A DNA stretch of 57,284 nt, taken from the NCBI GenBank assembly GCA_017935225.1, contig JAGBIA010000015.1, positions 1 through 57,284 on the forward strand. Direction: 5' to 3'. Shown piece after piece: positions 9,715-18,305 of this stretch; the stretch's first letter is position 1; every line of letters starts with the position of its first letter. The notes beneath the pieces were generated by a model, which worked only from the letters and a program-made list of their open reading frames with translations, made no database searches and was not told where the DNA came from. This DNA comes from Clostridia bacterium. GTDB taxonomy: Bacteria > Bacillota > Clostridia > Oscillospirales > CAG-272. Position numbers and translations under genes: made by a program.

Positions 9715-11550
9715 ATGGCAGAAGAAAACAAGAATATAAGAACGGGCGGTATCTCGGTCGATACCGAGCATATCTTCCCGATAATCAAAAAATGGCTCTA
9801 CTCTGAAAAGGATATTTTCCTTCGCGAGATAGTTTCAAACGCATCAGATGCGGTCACAAAGCTTCGCAGACTTGAGTCTCTCGGCATACGCGAGTCAGGC
9901 GATGAGAAGTATTCTATCACCGTGCGCCTTGACGCAGACGCAGGAACGCTGACGGTCAGCGACAACGGTATCGGTATGAGCGAAGAAGAAGTAGACAAGT
10001 ATATCTGCAGCATCGCTCTCTCGGGCGCGGTCGATTTTATACAGAAGTATGAAAGCGAGAGCACCGAGGGCTCGAAGAACGGAATTATCGGTCACTTCGG
10101 TCTCGGATTTTACTCATCCTTTATGGTAAGTGACTCGGTCGAGATAGAGACAAAGTCCTACACCGACGCACCTGCGGTACACTGGGTATGCAGCGAGAGC
10201 GGCGAGTACGAGCTCTCTGTCGGCAGCCGCACAGAGCACGGCACCGACATCATTATGCACATCAGCGAGAGCGAGTCCGAGTATCTCGTTAAGTCGAAGA
10301 TACGCAAGATACTTGAGAAATACTGCTTGTTTATGCCGGTCGACATCTACTTTGAAGATGCTGACGACGAAAAGAAGGACGAAGAGCCTACTCCCATCAA
10401 CGAGACCTCACCTCTGTGGCAGAAGAATGCATCAGACTGCACCGACGAGGAGTACAAGCAGTTTTACAGCAAGGTGTTCAACGACTACCGCGAGCCGCTC
10501 TTCCACATTCACATCAACGCTGATTACCCCCTCAATTTCAAGGGTATTCTCTATTTCCCCAAGCTCGCAAACGAGTACGAGACCATCGAAGGTCAGGTAA
10601 AGCTTTACTACAATCAGGTGTTCGTTGCCGACAATATAAAAGAGGTTATTCCCGAGTACCTGCTTATGCTCAAGGGCGTGCTTGACTGCCCCGAGCTTCC
10701 TCTTAACGTATCGCGCAGTTATCTGCAGACCAACACCTACGTTTCCAAGCTCTCTGCTCACATCGTCAAGAAGGTTGCGGACAAGCTATGCTCGCTTTGT
10801 AACAACGAGCGCGAATCCTATGAGAGCATCTGGCAGGACATCGCTCCCTTTATCGAATACGCATCAATGCGTGACAGAAAGTTCTACGACAGAGTCAAGG
10901 GCGCGCTTCTTGTGACTCTCACCGACGGCTCTAAAATGACCTTTGAGGAGTATCTTGAATCAGCTAAGGAGCTTCACGAAAACAAGGTCTACTACTGCAC
11001 CGACAAGGCACTTCAGGCGCAGTATATTGCTATGTTTGAGTCCGAGGGCATTAAGGTAGTTACCTTCGAGCGTCCGATCGACGTTCAGTTTGCATCGGTT
11101 GCCGAGCAGTATATGGAGGGCGTTAAGTTCTGCAGAGTCGACGCTGACGTTGCAGATATGCTCAAGTCGGATGACGATGCTACCGAGCTTGATTCTCTCA
11201 AGTCGCTCTATAGCGAGATCCTCGGTGAGAACGCGAGCATAGAGTTCTCTTCTCTCAAGGACGAGAGTGTTCCCGCTATCCTTACGGTCAGCGAGGAGTC
11301 GAGACGAATGGAAGAGATGATGCGTATGTACAACGCGGGAGCAGAATATCCGATCGAATACAAGCTCACGCTCAACACAGCTTCTCCTCTCGTCAAGAAG
11401 CTTGACGGTATGATAGAGAGCGATCACGATAAGGCAAAGCGCGTAGCTTCCTATGTATACAAGCTTGCACTTCTCTCGCAAAAGAAGTTCAGCGCGGAAG
11501 AGATGCAGGAATTTATGCGTGAGGGCGTTGCGCTCATGCTCGAGCTTTGA
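9715..11550 (+). CDS. htpG: Molecular chaperone HtpG (Hsp90)
   Basis: 611 aa with a GHKL ATPase N-terminus (YSEKDIFLREIVSNASDA, DNGIGM, GHFGLGFYS) and typical HtpG length. Confidence 0.97.
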   Translation: MAEENKNIRTGGISVDTEHIFPIIKKWLYSEKDIFLREIVSNASDAVTKLRRLESLGIRESGDEKYSITVRLDADAGTLTVSDNGIGMSEEEVDKYICSIALSGAVDFIQKYESESTEGSKNGIIGHFGLGFYSSFMVSDSVEIETKSYTDAPAVHWVCSESGEYELSVGSRTEHGTDIIMHISESESEYLVKSKIRKILEKYCLFMPVDIYFEDADDEKKDEEPTPINETSPLWQKNASDCTDEEYKQFYSKVFNDYREPLFHIHINADYPLNFKGILYFPKLANEYETIEGQVKLYYNQVFVADNIKEVIPEYLLMLKGVLDCPELPLNVSRSYLQTNTYVSKLSAHIVKKVADKLCSLCNNERESYESIWQDIAPFIEYASMRDRKFYDRVKGALLVTLTDGSKMTFEEYLESAKELHENKVYYCTDKALQAQYIAMFESEGIKVVTFERPIDVQFASVAEQYMEGVKFCRVDADVADMLKSDDDATELDSLKSLYSEILGENASIEFSSLKDESVPAILTVSEESRRMEEMMRMYNAGAEYPIEYKLTLNTASPLVKKLDGMIESDHDKAKRVASYVYKLALLSQKKFSAEEMQEFMREGVALMLEL

Positions 11551-11552
11551 GT

Positions 11553-12428
11553 ATGCACTCGAATGATAAGCTCGCGATCCTGCTTGACAATCTCAAGATC
11601 TGCGACGGGCGTACAGCACGCGACTTTGAGCAACAGAATATCTGTCTGTACGAGATCGCTACACAGCTCTGCGAGAGCTCGGACAGCATTGAGCCTGCCG
11701 AGCTCGTCACGCGCTTTTTTGAGCTGACGGGAGCGCAATCACTCGCAGATGCTATTTTGATCTGCTCCGCGCTTATCTCGCATCCGTCCTTTATTGAGCC
11801 TATACGGCACGCAGTCTCGGTCGGTCACGACGAGCAGACGCCTGCGGGATCTCACTCGAGGATCGCATACACAAAAAACAAATACAACGACCTTGCGTTC
11901 GAAAGCTTTTCCGAGAAGATAAACGGTGCTCGAGCACACTATACCGCCTCGCTCGCGGACGCTTGCGAGGCGGTCAACGACGGCGAGTGCGAATTTTGCA
12001 TCCTCCCCGTGCGCAACAGCATCGACGGAAGGCTCTGGGGCTTTTACTCAATGCTCGACCGCTACGGGCTCAAGATCTGCTCGATATGCAGCGTTGAGTC
12101 GCTCGACGGTATCAGTTCGACAGATTACGCGCTGATCGGCAAGTTCTGTCCCGAGCCGACCAAGAGAGTACAGAATGTCTCTCGGTACATATTTGAATTC
12201 TCCGTGCTGTCGGAAAACGGAGATTTTATATCCGAGCTTCTGCATGCCGCAAATCTTTGCGGAGCCACACCGCTGTTTATAGACTCGCGCCCCGTTGAGT
12301 ACGATGTGCAGCTTTGCAGATATATCTTCAGTTTCTATACGGAAGCTAAAGACTCTCTTCTGCTTCGCTTGTTGCTTGTAACTCACTACGATTCCTATTC
12401 ACCGATAGGACTTTATCAAAAGAATTAG
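11553..12428 (+). CDS. Prephenate-dehydratase/ACT-like protein, apparently degenerate
   Basis: Residues about 105-190 resemble the PDT domain (RIAYTKNKYNDLAFE ... CILPVRNSIDGRLWGFYSMLDRYGLKI). The C-terminus resembles the PheA ACT domain (FIDSRPVEYD...YIFSF, compare IESRP). No TRF motif is seen. The ORF track starts at TTG 11547, overlapping the htpG stop; the first ATG is at 11553. Confidence 0.45.
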   Translation: MHSNDKLAILLDNLKICDGRTARDFEQQNICLYEIATQLCESSDSIEPAELVTRFFELTGAQSLADAILICSALISHPSFIEPIRHAVSVGHDEQTPAGSHSRIAYTKNKYNDLAFESFSEKINGARAHYTASLADACEAVNDGECEFCILPVRNSIDGRLWGFYSMLDRYGLKICSICSVESLDGISSTDYALIGKFCPEPTKRVQNVSRYIFEFSVLSENGDFISELLHAANLCGATPLFIDSRPVEYDVQLCRYIFSFYTEAKDSLLLRLLLVTHYDSYSPIGLYQKN

Positions 12429-12455
12429 AATTATTTATACATCAAGGAGAAATTT

Positions 12456-12710
12456 ATGGATAAGATCACTTATAAGACCTCCGGCGTTTGCTCTCGCAGC
12501 ATCGACATCGAGATCGAGGACGGCATCGTCGTCAGCGCAAAGTACACAGGCGGTTGCCACGGAAACACTCAGGGAATTTCGGCTCTCGTCGCAGGAATGA
12601 GCGTTGACGAGGCTATCAAGCGTCTTTCGGGAATTCGTTGCGGTTTCAAGGAGACATCCTGCCCCGATCAGCTTGCTACGGCTCTTAAACAGTACAACGC
12701 AAGCAAGTAA
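12456..12710 (+). CDS. TSCPD-domain small protein (TIGR03905-like)
   Basis: 84 aa with GGCHGNTQG and the ETSCPDQL motif characteristic of stand-alone TSCPD proteins. Confidence 0.8.
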   Translation: MDKITYKTSGVCSRSIDIEIEDGIVVSAKYTGGCHGNTQGISALVAGMSVDEAIKRLSGIRCGFKETSCPDQLATALKQYNASK

Positions 12711-12715
12711 TGTGA

Positions 12716-12753
12716 CAAAAGCAGCCGAAAAATTCGGTTGCTTTTGCTTTTTT
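12716..12753 (+). terminator. Rho-independent terminator
   Basis: 14-bp stem CAAAAGCAGCCGAA / TTCGGTTGCTTTTG (one G-U pair) followed by CTTTTTT. Confidence 0.75.
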
Positions 12754-12817
12754 AAGAAAAAATATACAAAAACATATAAACTTTTTGTGAAATTTTCATA
12801 TTTTTTTGCTTTTTGCC

Positions 12818-12845
12818 TTGACAAATTCTTTTTTTATGGTATAAT
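12818..12845 (+). promoter_or_regulatory. Sigma-A type promoter upstream of a long leader
   Basis: TTGACA, 16 nt, TATAAT, with TG two nt upstream of the -10 (TGGTATAAT). Confidence 0.7.
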
Positions 12846-12959
12846 AGCTATATCAATCGATGTAAAAACATCGAAATTTACTATTTTGGGAGAAAAACCG
12901 CTGTGGATAACTGCGATAGTGACGGTAACTGTCGAAGTACATATATAAAACGTTCGGAT

Positions 12960-13027
12960 GCATAACCTGCGTATTTTTGGCAAATTTCGTCGCCAAAGGG
13001 CTCAGGCTATGCTTTTTTGCGTTTTTA
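12960..13027 (+). terminator. Leader attenuator: branched hairpin plus U-tract inside the 5' UTR of the CNNM/CorC gene
   Basis: GCATAACCTG (12960-12969) pairs with CAGGCTATGC (13003-13012) at 9 of 10 positions. It encloses an inner stem TTTGGC/GCCAAA and is followed by TTTTTTGCGTTTTT, 73 nt before the ATG. Confidence 0.5.
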
Positions 13028-13100
13028 TAGACTTTAGTACAGTGAGTTTCACACCGGCTCTGCCCAGCAGCTCTCAAACAATATTTTTAAGGAGTAAAAT

Positions 13101-14471
13101 ATGCCTGACGGGAGTACCCTGAAAATCGTTATCATGATCGTTCTTATCGCATTCTCTGCTTTCTTCTCTGCAAGTGAGACTGCGTACACCTCTTTCAACC
13201 GCGCTAAGATGAAAAATCTTGCGTCCGAGGGAAACAAGCGCGCCGCAAGGACGCTCAAGCTTGCTGATAATTACGATAAGCTTCTTTCCACCATACTCGT
13301 TGGAAACAATATCGTAAATATCTCGCTTTCCTCGATCGCTACTATATTCTTCGTTGAGTGCCTTGCAGAAACGACTCTTGCTTCTGCGGCAGCAGGTATT
13401 TCGACCGCAGTAATCACCGTAGCCGTTCTGATCTTCGGTGAGATCTCGCCGAAGAGTCTTGCTAAGGATCACGCCGAGGGACTTGCGATGGCTATCGTAG
13501 GAATCCTTCGCTTCTTCTCCATTATCCTCATGCCCATCAACTGCATCTTTATGCTCTGGAAGAAGATCCTCACAAAGATCTTCAAGGCAAAAACTGTTGA
13601 TACTGTCACCGAGGGCGAGCTTCTCACGCTTGTAGACGAGGCTCACGAGGACGGAAGCATTGATGAATACAACAAAGAGCTTATTGAGAACATTTTCGAT
13701 TTCGACGACCTCTCGGCAGGAGAGATAGCTACGCACAGAACCGAGCTCACACTTCTCGACAGCTCCGACGATATGGACGAGTGGGATCGCACTATCATCA
13801 ACAGCAGATATTCCAGATACCCCATCTGCGGTGAGAGCATTGACGATATCATCGGTATACTTGATGCGCGCAACTACCTCAGACTTGAGGACAAGAGCCG
13901 CGAGAACGTTATGGCGACCGTAGTAACACCTGCTTACTTCGTTCCCGAGGCTGTCAAGGCTGACGTTCTCTTCAAGAATATGCGTGAGCATAAGGAATCG
14001 CTTGCTGTCGTACTTGACGAGTACGGCGGACTTTACGGTATCGTTACGATGACCGACCTTGTCGAGTGTCTTGTCGGAGAGTTTACTCAGCCCGATGACG
14101 ACGAGGAAGAAATCGAGAGCATCGAGGTGCTTGAGGACGGCTCTTGGAGAATTGCGGGAAGCGCGTCTATTTCCGAGGTCGAGGAAGCCATCGGCGTTAA
14201 GTTTGAGGATAGCGACTCGGATACATTCAGCGGCTTTGTGCTCGGTCTTTACGGCTCGGTACCCGAGGATGGCGCAAGCTTTGAGCTCTCTACCGACGTG
14301 CTCGACATTCATATTGAGGACATCAAGGATCATAAGATAAACCGCGCAGTCATTACTCTGCACGCTCCCGAATCCGAGGAAGAAAAAGACGCCAAGGATG
14401 ATAAGGAGAAAAAAGATAAGGATAAAGATAAAGATAAAGATAAGGACAAGGATGGCGAAAACGCTGAATAA
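13101..14471 (+). CDS. CNNM/HlyC-CorC family transporter (DUF21-CBS pair-CorC_HlyC)
   Basis: 456 aa. N-terminal four-TM DUF21 region, CBS-pair region (RYPICGESIDDIIGIL ...), and a CorC_HlyC C-terminus (GSWRIAGSASISEVEEAIG, SGFVLGLYGSVPEDG). Ends in a (KD)n tail. Confidence 0.9.
   Translation: MPDGSTLKIVIMIVLIAFSAFFSASETAYTSFNRAKMKNLASEGNKRAARTLKLADNYDKLLSTILVGNNIVNISLSSIATIFFVECLAETTLASAAAGISTAVITVAVLIFGEISPKSLAKDHAEGLAMAIVGILRFFSIILMPINCIFMLWKKILTKIFKAKTVDTVTEGELLTLVDEAHEDGSIDEYNKELIENIFDFDDLSAGEIATHRTELTLLDSSDDMDEWDRTIINSRYSRYPICGESIDDIIGILDARNYLRLEDKSRENVMATVVTPAYFVPEAVKADVLFKNMREHKESLAVVLDEYGGLYGIVTMTDLVECLVGEFTQPDDDEEEIESIEVLEDGSWRIAGSASISEVEEAIGVKFEDSDSDTFSGFVLGLYGSVPEDGASFELSTDVLDIHIEDIKDHKINRAVITLHAPESEEEKDAKDDKEKKDKDKDKDKDKDKDGENAE
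14415..14453 (+). repeat. In-frame hexanucleotide tandem repeat (GATAAR)x6.5 encoding KDKDKD...
   Basis: GATAAG GATAAA GATAAA GATAAA GATAAG GACAAG GAT, read directly; it encodes the C-terminal tail of the CNNM protein. Confidence 0.9.
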
Positions 14472-14502
14472 GCTATCCTCTGTATCCGCGTAGGAAGGTC
14501 AA

Positions 14503-15897
14503 ATGAAAAAAAATCCAAAATTATTCAAGAAGGGTGATCATCACTATTTGAAGATGATGGGCGTGATCTTCGCGTCAATTCTCTTCTTCGTGGTAATCTC
14601 CAATCTCGGTGTCGTGCTGGGAGCCTTTGAAAAGCTTACAGACGTTTTTATGCCGCTTACTCTCGGTCTTGCGATAGCTTTTATCGTAAATATGCCTCTA
14701 AAATTCTTTGAGAACAAGGTTTTCGGCAAGCTTACGCGCAAAAACGGTAAGATATGGCACAAGATAAAACGCCCGATATGCCTCATTCTCAGCTTTGCTA
14801 TCATTTTCTCTGTCATCATACTGTTACTCTCTTTCGTAATTCCTGAGTTTATCAAGACATGCGAGAAATTCTTCAAAGCACTTCCCGCTGCGATGGCAAA
14901 TATCAGCGCAACAGTCAGCGGTTGGCTCGAGGCACTTCACCTTTCATCAGGGCTCGGACCGATCAATATCGACTGGACCTCGATAAGTAACTGGGCACTA
15001 GATCTTATATCAAAAAATCAAGAACAGATCACAAACGGTGCGCTCGGATTTGTCACAGGCCTCTTCACATCTCTTCTTAATATCATTCTCGCCGTAGTTT
15101 TCTCTATATACATTCTTGCATCCAAGGAATCACTCGGTAGACTTATGAAGAGCTTTATCTATTCGATTATGAAGCGCGAGCGAGCTAAAAAGCTTATCTC
15201 TCTCGTGGTCCTCTCGAGTAAGGCATTCTCGGGATTTATCTCGGGACAGTGCATTGAGGTCGTTCTTATAGGTGTTCTCTGCTTTATCGGTATGCTGATA
15301 TTCAAGATGCCATACGCTATTATGGTTTCCTGCATTATCGCGTTTACCGCTTTCATCCCGGTCTTCGGTCCGTTTATCGGTACGGCGATCGGCGCCTTCC
15401 TCATTCTTATCGAAAGTCCTATCAAAGCACTTTGGTTTATAATATTCATCATAATCCTTCAACAGCTTGAGTCCAACATCATCTATCCGAAGATCATGGG
15501 CAAGCACGTAGGTCTCCCGGGTATTTGGGTGCTTATCTCTGTCACCATCGGCGGCGGACTGTTCGGCATTCTCGGCATTATCACCAGCGTTCCGATCTGC
15601 AGCGTGCTCTATACCCTGTTTGACAGATGGATCAAGCGCAGACTTGAGGAGAGAAACATCTGTCACCGCACGATGTCACACGACTCGAGCGAACCGAAAT
15701 CTATCATTGACGAGATGAGTTTCTATGAATTTCAAGCCGAATACGAGGATGATTACGTTGATGACGACGACGTATATACCGACGACGGCGAGGTTCGCAA
15801 GATCTATGATACGCCCGATGATGACACCCCGAACGTCGAATCAGACTCAAACGAGGATATCACGGTCGAGGATCAAAGCTCGGACGGTGAAAATTAA
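14503..15897 (+). CDS. AI-2E family transporter (PerM/UPF0118) with acidic C-terminal tail
   Basis: 464-aa polytopic membrane protein with the conserved ...IPVFGPFIGTAIGAFLIL... and LQQLESNIIYPKIMGKHVGLP segments typical of the family. Has an acidic tail of about 70 aa. Confidence 0.88.
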   Translation: MKKNPKLFKKGDHHYLKMMGVIFASILFFVVISNLGVVLGAFEKLTDVFMPLTLGLAIAFIVNMPLKFFENKVFGKLTRKNGKIWHKIKRPICLILSFAIIFSVIILLLSFVIPEFIKTCEKFFKALPAAMANISATVSGWLEALHLSSGLGPINIDWTSISNWALDLISKNQEQITNGALGFVTGLFTSLLNIILAVVFSIYILASKESLGRLMKSFIYSIMKRERAKKLISLVVLSSKAFSGFISGQCIEVVLIGVLCFIGMLIFKMPYAIMVSCIIAFTAFIPVFGPFIGTAIGAFLILIESPIKALWFIIFIIILQQLESNIIYPKIMGKHVGLPGIWVLISVTIGGGLFGILGIITSVPICSVLYTLFDRWIKRRLEERNICHRTMSHDSSEPKSIIDEMSFYEFQAEYEDDYVDDDDVYTDDGEVRKIYDTPDDDTPNVESDSNEDITVEDQSSDGEN

Positions 15898-15903
15898 AAT
15901 ACA

Positions 15904-15934
15904 AGCGGAGGCGCAAACGTCTCCGCTTTATTTT
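15904..15934 (+). terminator. Rho-independent terminator
   Basis: AGCGGAG / CTCCGCT stem with a GCGCAAACGT loop, followed by TTATTTT. Confidence 0.6.
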
Positions 15935-15954
15935 GAAAAATTTACATATTGTAC

Positions 15955-15983
15955 TTGAAAAAATCACGCATTTGTGTTATATT
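15955..15983 (+). promoter_or_regulatory. Candidate sigma-A promoter
   Basis: TTGAAA, 17 nt, TATATT, with an extended -10 TG. Lies 34 nt upstream of the 16017 ATG. Confidence 0.55.
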
Positions 15984-16016
15984 GTTTGGGCAGACTATGA
16001 AAGGATAACTTGAATT

Positions 16017-16445
16017 ATGGATATAAAAAAGCTGATCAAAAGGGCGATATGCGCCGCTTGCGTTTATTTTACGGTCATATGTGCGGTGTATATGCTCTGT
16101 ATGTTGATAATAACTCCAGGTGAGGACTCGCCGGCGGTCGAAGCCGAGAGAGTTCTGCTCTTCTTTATGTTCTCTCTTTTGTGGGCAGGTGCTGATGCGC
16201 TCAGATCGGTAAAGGCGATAAATGCGGTGCTCGGCAGAGTGCTTCATTTCGTGATCTGCTGCTTCGCGTTCTACTCCTGCTTTATGCTCCCCGTCGGAAT
16301 GGGCGGCGCGAGAGTTCTTGTCGGAATAGTGATATTCTCGATCGTCTATTGGGTAACCGTCGGGCTCAAGAGCTTCTTTAGCTCCAGACTCAGACGAAAC
16401 CGAGAGCAGAGCGAGGAGTACGTCGGTCAGTTCAAAAAGAAATAA
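16017..16445 (+). CDS. Small integral membrane protein, unknown function
   Basis: 142 aa with four predicted hydrophobic helices and a basic C-terminus. Has its own promoter and terminator. Confidence 0.55.
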   Translation: MDIKKLIKRAICAACVYFTVICAVYMLCMLIITPGEDSPAVEAERVLLFFMFSLLWAGADALRSVKAINAVLGRVLHFVICCFAFYSCFMLPVGMGGARVLVGIVIFSIVYWVTVGLKSFFSSRLRRNREQSEEYVGQFKKK

Positions 16446-16450
16446 AATTT

Positions 16451-16495
16451 CCTCCGTGATCCAAGCTATCAAAAACTTGAATCACGGAGGTTTTT
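16451..16495 (+). terminator. Terminator hairpin whose 3' arm contains the next gene's Shine-Dalgarno
   Basis: CCTCCGTGAT (16451-16460) pairs with ATCACGGAGG (16481-16490), then TTTTT, then ATG at 16496. Confidence 0.6.
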
Positions 16496-17305
16496 ATGTT
16501 AAAACGGTTGCTTTTTTTCTCATTATTCATTCTAATAGCTTTTACGTTGATCACGTCCTGCTCTCAAAAAGAGCAGGACGCTGCCACAGACTCCGTATCG
16601 GAGGACGGGAGCGAGCTATTGGAAGAAAACACGGACGGTAAGCTCGGCGCTTTTCTTGAGGAGAGCACCGACGCGGGTGAAGAATATATAAATTCATTCA
16701 TTTTTTTAGGTGAGTCTACCACCTATCATCTCAAGAGTCGCGGCGTGCTTTCGGGTGGAAGTGATACCACGCAGGTATGGGCGCCCAAGAGCGGCACGCT
16801 GATGCTGTCTCCGTCTGTCTCAGAGTGCAGAATAGTTTATCCTGAGACAAATGAGGAGCTCGATCTCGGTGAGGCACTTACTCGCAAACAACCGAAATTT
16901 ATGCTGCTCACATTCGGTCTTAACGGCGCAGGTACGAACATTTCCAAAGGCGAGGACTACTTCAAGCGCATATATTCGAGACTGATCGATACTATAGCAG
17001 AACATTCTCCAAACACCACAGTGATACTTCAATCCTGCTTCCCTATCGGCAAAAATATGGACGTTTCTGCGTTTGATGTCGACGTGGCGACGCTAAACGG
17101 GTATATCGACAGACTCAACGAATGGACGGGCGAGCTTGCGGAGGAGCGAGGAGTTGCGTTTCTCAATTCAAGCTCAATATTCAAAGGGCAAGACGGATTT
17201 CTGCGCCCCGAGCTTCAGGTTGGTGACGGATATCACCTCAGCGCCGAGGCTTACAGAAAGATGCTCGCGTATATGCGCACGCACGCGTGTGAGGCAGATC
17301 AATGA
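16496..17305 (+). CDS. SGNH/GDSL-type lipoprotein hydrolase
   Basis: 269 aa with lipobox LITSC and SGNH blocks FLGESTTY, FGLNG and GDGYHLS. Confidence 0.8.
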   Translation: MLKRLLFFSLFILIAFTLITSCSQKEQDAATDSVSEDGSELLEENTDGKLGAFLEESTDAGEEYINSFIFLGESTTYHLKSRGVLSGGSDTTQVWAPKSGTLMLSPSVSECRIVYPETNEELDLGEALTRKQPKFMLLTFGLNGAGTNISKGEDYFKRIYSRLIDTIAEHSPNTTVILQSCFPIGKNMDVSAFDVDVATLNGYIDRLNEWTGELAEERGVAFLNSSSIFKGQDGFLRPELQVGDGYHLSAEAYRKMLAYMRTHACEADQ

Positions 17306-17784
17306 AGCGAGTTATTATTCTTTCACTTCTCTGCCTCGTTTTTTGCTCTTGCGCAGCGGGAGAATATTCTGACTCACTTGATAGCAGAGAGCTCGCAAAG
17401 CAGCTCACGGGCGAAATTTCGGAGTTTGGGGAATATGTTGAGTATGACGACGATGAGATAAACGATCTGCTCGGGCTTTCTGCGGATGGGTGTGATGTAA
17501 GTGTGATATATTCAAAGGATTCCGACGATCAAGGCGAAATAGGTATCATACGCGCCGCGAGTGAAGCTGATGCAAAAGAAGTTCTGTATGAGGCGCAAGA
17601 ATATCTTGAACAGATGAGAGTTGAGCGGCGCGCGTTCGTCGAGAGCTATCTACCGCGCGAGCTATCTAAGCTCAGCTCAGCAGAGGCACGAAGATTTGGC
17701 TCTTACGTGATATACACGATACTTGAGAGTGAAAAAGCAACGCTAGTTTTTGACAAGGTTGAAGAGGCTCTCAAAACCGCATAA
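17302..17784 (+). CDS. Lipoprotein, DUF4358-like
   Basis: 160 aa with a signal peptide and a Cys lipobox. The acidic mature protein resembles the DUF4358 proteins often paired with SGNH lipoproteins in Clostridia (from memory, not searched). Overlaps the upstream gene by 4 nt. Confidence 0.55.
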   Translation: MKRVIILSLLCLVFCSCAAGEYSDSLDSRELAKQLTGEISEFGEYVEYDDDEINDLLGLSADGCDVSVIYSKDSDDQGEIGIIRAASEADAKEVLYEAQEYLEQMRVERRAFVESYLPRELSKLSSAEARRFGSYVIYTILESEKATLVFDKVEEALKTA

Positions 17785-17788
17785 ACAC

Positions 17789-17818
17789 AAAAAAAACACC
17801 CGAAGGTGTCTTTTTTTG
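17789..17818. terminator. Bidirectional terminator between convergent genes
   Basis: An A-run, then the ACACC CGAA GGTGT hairpin, then a T-run. Serves the plus-strand operon and minus-strand rplS. Confidence 0.7.
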
Positions 17819-17834
17819 TGTAGTTTTAGAAAAG

Positions 17835-18179
17835 TTAGATCTTTTCCTTAACCTTGGAAGCTTTACCAACTCTGTCTCTCAAGTAGTAGAGCTTTGCTCT
17901 TCTAACCTTACCGGAACGAACAATGTCTACCTTAACAACGTTGGGAGAGTGGATCGGGAAGGTCTTCTCAACGCCACAGCCGTAAGATACGCGTCTTACG
18001 GTGAATGTCTCGGAGATTCCGCCGCCGTGCTTAGCGATTACGGTGCCCTCGAACATCTGGATTCTCTCGCGTGCGCCTTCCTTGATTCTGTTGTGGATAC
18101 GGACGGTATCACCAACGTTTACGACCGGGATCTCGGTCTTAAGCTGCTCGTTTGTAAAAGCCTGAAGTAAGTTGTTCAT
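17835..18179 (-). CDS. rplS: 50S ribosomal protein L19
   Basis: 114 aa; the sequence ...[37 protein letters not shown]...RRAKLYYLR is canonical bL19. Confidence 0.97.
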   Translation of the reverse strand: MNNLLQAFTNEQLKTEIPVVNVGDTVRIHNRIKEGARERIQMFEGTVIAKHGGGISETFTVRRVSYGCGVEKTFPIHSPNVVKVDIVRSGKVRRAKLYYLRDRVGKASKVKEKI

Positions 18180-18268
18180 CTTTCAGTCCTCCTTAAAAAT
18201 CCGGGTATTCATGCAGAGCTTCGCAGCGGACTACCCTTTTATCTTGCGTTTTACGCACATTACATCAT

Positions 18269-18297
18269 ATTATACCACAGATCGATTTAAAATGCAA
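18269..18297 (-). promoter_or_regulatory. rplS promoter (followed by an ~85-nt leader with hairpins, possible L19-type leader)
   Basis: Minus strand reads TTGCAT, 17 nt, TATAAT with an extended TG. The leader contains UGCGU-AAA-ACGCA and GGGUA...UACCC stems. The leader class was not verified. Confidence 0.6.
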
Positions 18298-18305
18298 TAC
18301 CTTTT

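Noticed and set aside
12852-13100. Assignment of the CNNM leader to a named riboswitch class (M-box, yybP-ykoY, c-di-AMP, T-box)
   Set aside because: I could not find the conserved core sequences of any of these classes by eye. The leader is kept only as an unclassified candidate attenuator (see findings).
13074-14363. 429-aa ORF on the minus strand
   Set aside because: Antisense to the CNNM/CorC transporter gene. It has no recognisable motif and no RBS. Shadow ORF.
14415-14453. Tandem repeat considered as a possible CRISPR or minisatellite element
   Set aside because: The units are 6 nt, contiguous, in frame and inside a CDS. It is a coding microsatellite, not a repeat-spacer array. No CRISPR-like array was seen anywhere in the window.
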